NCBI GenBank assembly: GCA_965219455.1
Contig: OZ244744.1
Location: forward strand, 2,816,001 to 2,880,000
DNA: 64,000 nucleotides
Origin: Candidatus Latescibacterota bacterium
GTDB lineage: Bacteria; Latescibacterota; UBA2968; GCA-2709665
Reading direction: 5' to 3'
Under the pieces are notes generated by a model. It saw nothing but the letters and a program-made list of their open reading frames with translations. It made no database searches and was not told where the DNA came from. Both the position numbers and the translations under genes were made by a program. Of the stretch, positions 56,398 to 64,000 are shown in pieces (the first letter of the stretch is position 1; each line of letters begins with the position of its first letter).

Positions 56398-56757
56398 GGG
56401 GGCGACCTGGATTCGACGGGGGTGGAGAGGCGATGGCTGCGTGTCGAGGTCCCATAACCTCGTTAAACTGTGGGAAACCCATATAATTGCGGACAATACG
56501 TACGCAATGGCTGCGTAACTAAAACGCAGCCCGTTCCGACGGGCCTCGCCTGCAGGGCCCGCGCGGGGCGCCGACTAATGCTGGCTGGCTCGCGGACCTC
56601 CGCTTGAGGGTGCGAGAGCGAGATTGTATCGAGCTGGCGCGCTGACAACCCCGTTTACCGGGGCGCCTGCGCGTGAGATTCAATAGGTAAACTACACACG
56701 TAGAGGCTGTCGTTGATTTACTTTCGGACGCGGGTTCGATTCCCGCCGCCTCCACCA
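56398..56757 (+). ncRNA. ssrA: tmRNA copy 2
   Basis: Full-length 360 nt, same tag and ends as copy 1. Confidence 0.95.
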
Positions 56758-57201
56758 ATAAAGACCCCATGGATTGCCTGCAAACAATCGTTTGGAAATG
56801 AACCACGCCCCTCATTAATTCGATGAAATCGCGAATTTCCCACGCTGCGCAGTGAAACTCAGTCGGCCAGTACCGGTCACCGTCCAGCCCTCTCCAACGC
56901 CACCACGGGCGACTCATCCCCGAGCCGCGCATTCGGCGGAGAAACGACCGCCGCCCTGTCTATCAACGCCCCCATTTGCCAGTGAAGTTTATATCGCCAG
57001 CACCGGAACGCGGTGCTCAGGCGGCAAAAGGACATAAACTGCCTGCGCTGTTCCGGTTGCCGCGGAACGTATATCGGTTTCCAATAACAGCCGCTCTTTC
57101 GCTTCTATGGCTTCGGAAACGGGAAAGCGAAATCAGCCTGCAGAAATCCGCTTCGACACACCACAAACAATGGTGCGTCTGACATTCTCCGGGAGTCCTC
57201 C

Positions 57202-59652
57202 ATGAGAAACGGAACGATCGAAGTAGCAACGTGCCTGATCCTACTCGCCGGGTGCTTCGGAAGCACGGCTTTCGCTACCGGGTCGGACGATCATCCGGTT
57301 CCCGGGCCACAGGGTTACCTCCTGCCCAACGGCTGGATGCTCACCCCCGCGGGGCGACAGATCGAAGTGGGCGACCTCCCGATGAACTTCGTCCTGGACC
57401 CGGCAGGCCGCTTTGTCTTCACGCTGACGGCCGGGCTCAACAAGCACGGTATTACGGTCGTCGACATGTTCAGCCGCCGCAGCGTCCAGGAAATCGCGTT
57501 GGAAAGAACGTGGTTGGGTCTGGACCTGCATCAGGGGCAAAGCCGCCTGTACGCTTCCGGAGGCAGACGCCGGCTCGTGGAAGTCCTGACCTTCGACCCG
57601 AAGAATGCGGAGAGCCCCCTCGCGCTCGAGGCGTCGATCAAGCTGGACACGACCATTGTCGAAGATGCTTACCTCTCGGGGATCGAGATCGATGAACGGA
57701 AGAACCTGCTCTACGTGGGAAACATCCTGGAGGAGACGCTTATCGAGGTCGACCTGCTCGGCAGGAAGATGGTACGACAGATCGACGTCGGCGGCGTCCC
57801 ATACGAGTGCCTGCTCTCGAAAGACGGGTCCAGCATCTACGTCAGCCTATGGAACAAGAAGAAGGTGGCGGTCGTCGACCGTCTTGCGTGGAAGGTGTCG
57901 AAGACGATCCCGGTGGGAAGCCATCCAAACGACATGGCGATCACCTCGGACGGACGCAGGCTTTTCGTTGCCAACGCCAATTCCAACTCCGTTTCCGCGA
58001 TCGATCTGTCGAAGGGAAAGGTTGTCGAGACGATCGTCACGACGCTCTATCCCAAAGCGCCCGAGGGCAGCACACCGAACGCCCTTGCCCTCTCCCCCGA
58101 CGGCAGGAGCCTGATCGTGGCGAATGCGGACAATAACAACGTTGCCATCGTAGACGTATCGGAACCCGATAAGAGCGAAATCCGTGGCTTCGTCCCGACG
58201 GGTTGGTACCCTGCGGCCGTCGCTTTGACGCTCGACGGGAAGCGGATATTGGTCGGGAACGCGAAGGGAACCGTTTCGTCTGCCAACGTTTACGGGCCCC
58301 AGCCGACCCATTGGGGTCCGGAGACCGAGTACATCGGGAACATCATCCTCGGAGCGGTCTCCATTATCCCGACCCCTGTACCGCAGGAACTCGCGCGCCA
58401 CACCCGCCAGGTCTATCGGAACACGCCGTACAAGGACCGCCTCCTCGAGCAGACGGCGTTGAAGTCGCCGGTGCCCGACGTTATCCCGGACCAGGTGGGC
58501 GTGCCCTCGAGCAAGATCGAATACGTCATCTACATCATCAAAGAGAACCGGACCTATGACCAGATCTTCGGTGACATGCCGGAAGGGAACGGGGACACCT
58601 CCCTCGTCCTGTTCGGGGAGGAGGTTACTCCCAATCACCATGCGCTTGCGCGAGAGTTCAGCCTCCTGGACAACTTTTACGTGGACGCCGAAGTCAGCGC
58701 CGATGGCCATTCCTGGTCGACCGCCGCGTACGCCACGGACCACACCGAGAAATCCTGGCCTCCCTGGTATTCCGGGCGAGGGCGCATGCGTTACAACGAC
58801 CCCGACCTTTACGTTCCCGACGCGGGATTTATCTGGGACCTCTGCGCGGCGGCGGGGATCTCTTTCCGAAGCTACGGGGAGATGATCGTTGAGAAAGACG
58901 GGAAGATCGAGGCTGCGTTCGAGAGCCTCAAGGGGCATGTCCATCCCACGTTCAGGCGTCGACGGAGCACGGAATACACGGACGTCGAGCGGGCGCAGGA
59001 CTGGATGGAGGAGTTCTGGAAATTCGAAAGAGAGGGCACGGTCCCCCGCTTCCAGATGATCTCCCTGCCCGACGACCACACTTCGGGTACGCGCCCCGGA
59101 TGGTACACGCCGTTCGCGCAGATGGCTCGGAACGATCTCGGCATGGCGATGATAATAGACGCGGCCTCCCGGAGCACCCTCTGGCCGAAGATGGCCATCT
59201 TCGTCGTCGAGGACGATGCGCAGAACGGTCCGGATCATGTCGACGCCCATCGATCCGTTGCGATCGTCGTCAGCCCCTACTCCCGTGTGCGAAGGACCGT
59301 GAGCACTTTCTACACGACCTCCAGCGTCCTCCGGACGATGGAGCTGATCCTGGGTCTTCCGCCGATGAGTCAGTACGACGCGGCAGCCACGCCGATGTTC
59401 GACTGCTTCACCGGGGCGTTCGATCCGAGCCCGTACGAGACGAAACCGGCCCGCATCAGTCTGACCACGATGAACAAGGAGGACGCGTACGGCGCCAGGA
59501 TCTCCGAGGAGCTGCCGCTTGAGGAGGTCGACGAGGCGCCGGACGATCTATTCAGCCAGATCATCTGGAAGGCAGTCAAGGGTGCCGACTCGGAGATGCC
59601 GCCGCCTGTGCGCCGCGCGCGTCTGGTCCCTCTCGCCGGACGTTCCGAATAG
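57202..59652 (+). CDS. Bifunctional YncE/YVTN beta-propeller and alkaline-phosphatase-like phosphoesterase, secreted
   Basis: LPNGWMLTPAG, YVTN-type repeats, IIKENRTYDQIFGD, SADGHSWS, EDDAQNGPDHVDAHRS. Confidence 0.9.
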   Translation: MRNGTIEVATCLILLAGCFGSTAFATGSDDHPVPGPQGYLLPNGWMLTPAGRQIEVGDLPMNFVLDPAGRFVFTLTAGLNKHGITVVDMFSRRSVQEIALERTWLGLDLHQGQSRLYASGGRRRLVEVLTFDPKNAESPLALEASIKLDTTIVEDAYLSGIEIDERKNLLYVGNILEETLIEVDLLGRKMVRQIDVGGVPYECLLSKDGSSIYVSLWNKKKVAVVDRLAWKVSKTIPVGSHPNDMAITSDGRRLFVANANSNSVSAIDLSKGKVVETIVTTLYPKAPEGSTPNALALSPDGRSLIVANADNNNVAIVDVSEPDKSEIRGFVPTGWYPAAVALTLDGKRILVGNAKGTVSSANVYGPQPTHWGPETEYIGNIILGAVSIIPTPVPQELARHTRQVYRNTPYKDRLLEQTALKSPVPDVIPDQVGVPSSKIEYVIYIIKENRTYDQIFGDMPEGNGDTSLVLFGEEVTPNHHALAREFSLLDNFYVDAEVSADGHSWSTAAYATDHTEKSWPPWYSGRGRMRYNDPDLYVPDAGFIWDLCAAAGISFRSYGEMIVEKDGKIEAAFESLKGHVHPTFRRRRSTEYTDVERAQDWMEEFWKFEREGTVPRFQMISLPDDHTSGTRPGWYTPFAQMARNDLGMAMIIDAASRSTLWPKMAIFVVEDDAQNGPDHVDAHRSVAIVVSPYSRVRRTVSTFYTTSSVLRTMELILGLPPMSQYDAAATPMFDCFTGAFDPSPYETKPARISLTTMNKEDAYGARISEELPLEEVDEAPDDLFSQIIWKAVKGADSEMPPPVRRARLVPLAGRSE

Positions 59653-59667
59653 CCGACAGCCCCACGT

Positions 59668-59757
59668 GTGCGCTGGGATCTCTTAGGTAAACCACACACG
59701 TAGACGCTGTGGTTGCACTGCTTTCCGACGCGGGTTCGATTCCCGCTGCCTCTGCCA
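59668..59757 (+). other. Degenerate tmRNA 3' fragment (att-like remnant)
   Basis: TAGGTAAACCACACACGTAGACGCTGT...GACGCGGGTTCGATTCCCGCTGCCTCTGCCA. Confidence 0.85.
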
Positions 59758-59828
59758 AAAAATCCCCAGCTTGTATTTTGTCATACCAACGAACTCAGGG
59801 CCGGGTGAAGTCCGTTGCGTCTATGCGG

Positions 59829-60280
59829 GACCACTCCCCCCGGCCCCCTCAGACAGAGCTATCAGCTATCAGCTTTCAGTTGTCAGCTAAAACCGGTTTG
59901 TGATGTGGCCAGGCGAGATCATTTGCCGATAACAACGCCAATATGTGAGCGACTCTGAGAGTTCTCCCTACAAATGCAACGATGGCGCGGAGACCTCTCC
60001 CCCCGGCCCCCTCAGACAGAGCTATCGGCTTTCAGTTGTCAGCTAAAACCGGTTAGCGATATGGCCGGGCGAGATCATTTGCCGATAACAACGCCAATAT
60101 GTGAGCGACTCTGAAAGTCGCCCCTACAAATGCAACGACGGCGCGGGGACCACTCCCCCCGGCCCCCTCAGACAGAGCTATCGGCTTTCAGTTGTCAGCT
60201 AAAACCGGTTGGCGATATGGCCAGGCGAGATCAATTGCCGATAACAACGCCATTGTGTGGGCGACTCTGAGAGTTCCCCC
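59829..60280. repeat. Three tandem copies of composite repeat B (periods 163 and 156 bp)
   Basis: Units start at 59829, 59992 and 60148; units 1 and 2 differ in length by one heptamer; each unit ends in an inverted GTAG REP (degenerate in unit 3). Confidence 0.9.
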
Positions 60281-60561
60281 TTCCTCTCAGGACGGGGAGG
60301 TAGGGGTGGGCCTCGCAGGTGTTGCCAGTGCTGTTTTTCTTCTTCTGTCATCTGATCTCGCATACTCGAAGGAATTATTCTGATGCATTTCAAAGCAGTT
60401 ATTGGACAGGTGTGGTATAATGTAATTCCTTTAATTCGCAAAAACTGAGAAAATTTCGCATTGTAATATATCAAAACCCTCTTGCGGTAACGAACTCTCT
60501 TCAGTATATTGTGTTGACAGAAGTTCGCAAATTACGTGAAAAATAGATATCAGAATATACC

Positions 60562-61374
60562 ATGAACCCCATCGAATCCACGCTCCCCGCACCACGCCGC
60601 CGTCTTGTCGCCGTTCTGAACAAGGCGGGCGACATCGTGCGCATTGATGATGCCGAAACTGCTCTTGATATATCCCGAACGGAAGCCGGGAAGCTCCTTT
60701 GGCGTTGGATGAAGCAGGGCTGGCTGCGCCGGGTCGGTCGTGGCGCGTATCTCCCCGTGCCAATCGAAATGCTGGCGAGCGCCCACGTGCTCGACGATCC
60801 CTGGATACTGGTGCCCGGTCTGTTTAGCCCAGCCTACGTCGGCGGACGCAGCGCCGCGGAGCACTGGGATCTCACGGAGCAGATTTTCAACGATATCGTT
60901 GTCCTGACGGGTCGGCCGGTGCGTCGAAAGTTCCCGCGGCACCACGGCGTGCGGTTCAGTCTCAAGCATATCAGCGAAGACAGAATCTTCGGCACCGGGG
61001 CCATCTGGCGCGGTAACAGCAAGATCCTGGTCTCGGACGTTCATCGCACGATAATCGACATGCTGGATGATCCGGCGCTGGGAGGAGGAATCCAACACGT
61101 TGCCGACTGCCTGTCGGTCTATCTCACATCCGGAAACCGCGACGATAACATGCTTCTAAGCTATGCTTCGCGCCTCGGCAATGGCGCGGTATTCAAGCGC
61201 CTTGGATTTCTTGCAGAACGTCACCCGGATGGCGCCGAGCTGGCCGAGCCTTGCCGGGAACGCATCACCAAAGGTCATGCCAAACTGGATCCGGCCCTTG
61301 AGTCGCCGCGCCTGGTTACAAGATGGAAACTCCGGGTTCCCGGCACCTGGGTCAGGGCGGACACCCGTGATTGA
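60562..61374 (+). CDS. abiEi: Type IV TA AbiEi-family antitoxin
   Basis: N-terminal wHTH (GWLRRVGRGAY), YVGGRSAAEHWDLTEQI, VSDVHRTIID. Confidence 0.85.
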   Translation: MNPIESTLPAPRRRLVAVLNKAGDIVRIDDAETALDISRTEAGKLLWRWMKQGWLRRVGRGAYLPVPIEMLASAHVLDDPWILVPGLFSPAYVGGRSAAEHWDLTEQIFNDIVVLTGRPVRRKFPRHHGVRFSLKHISEDRIFGTGAIWRGNSKILVSDVHRTIIDMLDDPALGGGIQHVADCLSVYLTSGNRDDNMLLSYASRLGNGAVFKRLGFLAERHPDGAELAEPCRERITKGHAKLDPALESPRLVTRWKLRVPGTWVRADTRD

Positions 61375-62614
61375 TCGCCGCGAGATAATCGATATCGCAG
61401 GTACGCAATCGTTATTGCCGCAGGTTGTTGAGAAGGACTATGTGCTGGGCTGGATTCTTGCCGGTATCTACCAGCACGAAGCCCTTACGGAAAACTGGAT
61501 ATTCAAGGGCGGCACCTGCCTGAGAAAGTGTTTCTTCGAAACCTACCGTTTCTCGGAAGACCTTGACTTTACGCTGAGGGAGCCGGCGCATCTCGAATCT
61601 CATTTTCTCGCAGACGCCGTTGAATGGATCGCAGATTGGGTATACGAACGGACCGGTATTGAGCTTCCCGCGAATCGTTGGGAATTTGACGTATATGAGA
61701 ATCCGCGAGGGAATCGGTCCTGCCAGGGCAAGATTCCCTATCGTGGGCCGATCGCTCCACGCGGCAGGGTTCTTCCCAACATCAAGCTGGACATGACAGC
61801 CGACGAACATCTGGCGCTGGCTCCGATTCGCGTGCCGATCTATCACCCCTATAGTGATGAGCCGGAAGATGGTATTCACGTAACGGCATACGCCTATGAG
61901 GAAGTCTTCGCTGAGAAAGTCAGGGCGCTTGCCGAACGTACCCGGCCTCGCGACCTTTACGACGTCGTCAATCTATACCGCAACTCCGACGCGCGTCCCT
62001 CACCCGCCGTCCTTCTGGACGTCCTCCGCCAGAAATGCGAATTCAAGGGCATCCCGACCCCCCTATCGCGTGTCGACCTTGAACCCCATCGCCAGGTTCT
62101 CGGCGGCGCGTGGGAGCACATGCTCCGGCACCAACTCCCGGCTCTCCCACCGCTCCAGGACTTCTGGGGCGCCCTGCCTGAATTCTTCGCGTGGCTGAAG
62201 ACCGGCGTTGTCCGTGAGGTCCCGGCGGCCTATCAAATCGCTGCTGGTGAAACCGTGCTGCGCGCGCGGACACTGCGTCTGTCCGTATCAAGGAACGCAC
62301 ACGCGTTCCTTGAAGTCATCCGATTTGCCGCCGCCAACCGCTTGTGCGTCGATCTACTGTACAAGCACGAAACGCGCCGGATCGAACCCTATTCGCTAAG
62401 GTCGAATAAGGATGGCAATATCATCCTGCATGCCTACGACACGAGAAAGCGCTGTCACCGCAGCTACCGGGTTGACCGCATTCAGGGCGCCAGAGCAACA
62501 GGTGAGACATTTGTTCCACGCTACGCGGTGGAGCTCAGCGCCTCAGGGCCCCTTGGCATTCAGCCCGCCGCAACGACAGGTACACAACACTACGCGCCCC
62601 GCCCTCCGGCATGA
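61367..62614 (+). CDS. abiEii: AbiEii nucleotidyltransferase toxin with C-terminal WYL domain
   Basis: VEKDY, FKGGTCL, RFSEDLDF, AEKVRAL..RTRPRDLYD; C-terminal RRIEPYSL...LHAYD...RSYRVDRI. Confidence 0.88.
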   Translation: MIDRREIIDIAGTQSLLPQVVEKDYVLGWILAGIYQHEALTENWIFKGGTCLRKCFFETYRFSEDLDFTLREPAHLESHFLADAVEWIADWVYERTGIELPANRWEFDVYENPRGNRSCQGKIPYRGPIAPRGRVLPNIKLDMTADEHLALAPIRVPIYHPYSDEPEDGIHVTAYAYEEVFAEKVRALAERTRPRDLYDVVNLYRNSDARPSPAVLLDVLRQKCEFKGIPTPLSRVDLEPHRQVLGGAWEHMLRHQLPALPPLQDFWGALPEFFAWLKTGVVREVPAAYQIAAGETVLRARTLRLSVSRNAHAFLEVIRFAAANRLCVDLLYKHETRRIEPYSLRSNKDGNIILHAYDTRKRCHRSYRVDRIQGARATGETFVPRYAVELSASGPLGIQPAATTGTQHYAPRPPA

Positions 62615-62841
62615 TCGGCTCATCCTTGTATTCCGTTCCGATTGCGTAACGTCTGGATCGATTTGACAACTGAGGCATCTTGTTTCTTTATTTCAGCAGT
62701 TTTTCCGGAAAGTGTCACCATGCGAATTATGCGGATCTTGTGCAAGGTCGTAATGATTCAGATCCGTATTTGCGATCGCGATCAAGAATGAAGATCGCGC
62801 GAGTGCATCGTATTCTCTATGATGGGAATCGGAAGACAATC

Positions 62842-64000
62842 GTGAAGCGTAACAGATCAAAATGTGCACAAGTGTTCCTCTTCGTCCTATTCGTCCTATT
62901 CTCGTGCTTGATGTTGACCATTGAACAGGCCGGTGCCGACGAGGTATGGGAAAAAGTAGAGAAAATCCTTGCAGACGATCAGGGGCTGATGGTTCTGGAC
63001 GGGACCGAGAAAGTTTCGCCAAGGTACGAAGCCAAAGACCGTCCAGTCTTCGGAGACTGGCTGGTTCTGCATGCCTTTTCGGAACCGGCATCGTTCAACC
63101 CCTACAGGAAGATGGACTACACGTCTCACAGAATCCTGGAGAGCATGTTCGAGTCACTTCTGTATATGGAGAAGATCCCGCCATACAAGTTCAAGGGAAG
63201 ATTGGCGAGTGCGTATCCGACAGTGTCGCGGGACAAGCTTTCATATACTTTTGACATTCGCGAGGATGTCCACTTTTCGGACGGCAGGCCGTTGACCGCG
63301 GCCGATGTATTGTTCACCTTCAAGGTTATCAAAAATCCGGAGGTCCAGCTGTCCGGATTTACGCGGAGCGGGTTCAAGGACCTTAAAGCAATCCGGCAAG
63401 ACGGGCCGTACAAGATCACGTTTGTTTACGGGGACCCCTATTTCTACAATGCGATCAACATTGGGCGGCAGTGGATCTTGCCGAAGCACTTCTACGATCG
63501 CGACGGATTGATGGACAGCGTATCCATCGAGACGCTCATCGATGGATCGTGGAAAGCGGGTCCACAGGCCGACCGGGTGCGCCTTTTCGCGGAGCGGTTC
63601 AACCGGGACTTCAGCCGGCGCGTGCTGGGTTCCGGCCCCTATGTGCTGGCCGATGCTGAAAACGATGCGACGACAGGGAAGACGGTCTTGGATCGTGACC
63701 CTGACTATTGGGGAAGCGGTAATAAGGGCCTTCCTTATTCAGGGTACGTCGACAAGCTTGTTTTCAAAGTGGTCGTTAATCCGGATGCCGCGTTTATCGA
63801 ACTGATCAACGGAAACCTGGACGTTCTGAACATGTACCCCCTGCCATTTAAAGAGAAAAGCTGGTCACCTGAATTCACGTCACGCTTTCTGAAGGCGATT
63901 CGGTACGCAAGCGGTATCAATTTTATCGCGTGGAACAATACGCATCCGATTTTTCGCGATAAACGGGTCCGCCGGGCCATGACGCATCTGACGCCGCGCA
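62842..64000 (+). CDS. Peptide ABC transporter substrate-binding protein (family 5), runs off the window end
   Basis: Translated by hand (not in the ORF track): signal peptide, GDWLV...EPASFNP, YTFDIREDVHFSDGRPLTAADVLFTF. Confidence 0.85.
   Translation, partial: MKRNRSKCAQVFLFVLFVLFSCLMLTIEQAGADEVWEKVEKILADDQGLMVLDGTEKVSPRYEAKDRPVFGDWLVLHAFSEPASFNPYRKMDYTSHRILESMFESLLYMEKIPPYKFKGRLASAYPTVSRDKLSYTFDIREDVHFSDGRPLTAADVLFTFKVIKNPEVQLSGFTRSGFKDLKAIRQDGPYKITFVYGDPYFYNAINIGRQWILPKHFYDRDGLMDSVSIETLIDGSWKAGPQADRVRLFAERFNRDFSRRVLGSGPYVLADAENDATTGKTVLDRDPDYWGSGNKGLPYSGYVDKLVFKVVVNPDAAFIELINGNLDVLNMYPLPFKEKSWSPEFTSRFLKAIRYASGINFIAWNNTHPIFRDKRVRRAMTHLTPR

Noticed and set aside
54202-59757. Prophage or ICE integrated at ssrA
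   Set aside because: No integrase, phage or conjugation genes in the window
59829-60280. CRISPR array
   Set aside because: Units are ~156 bp and similar along their whole length, with no unique spacers and no cas genes

Overview
GC-rich bacterial chromosomal window that is unusually rich in repeats; the lineage cannot be determined from sequence alone. It holds housekeeping and metabolic genes (gltA, glpK, ilvD, msrA, lpxH-like, sulfatase, aminotransferase, GWxTD/TPR/ankyrin/FG-GAP proteins) and accessory modules: a type IIG-like DNA methyltransferase, a STAND ATPase-TPR, an XRE/HExxH-peptidase operon, and five toxin-antitoxin loci, including an AbiEii-WYL fusion and a PIN gene split by a 196-bp MITE. 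The most striking signal is three related endonuclease-less group II introns (one intact, one frameshifted, one ORF-less). Their EBS1 and EBS3 positions co-vary with their different insertion sites, and all three sites are intergenic simple-sequence repeats that are dispersed through the window. Also notable are two complete, promoter-bearing tmRNA genes plus a third 3' fragment, a structured dispersed repeat with compensatory base changes, and a diverged ~290-bp non-coding duplication. All alignments and counts were done by eye.
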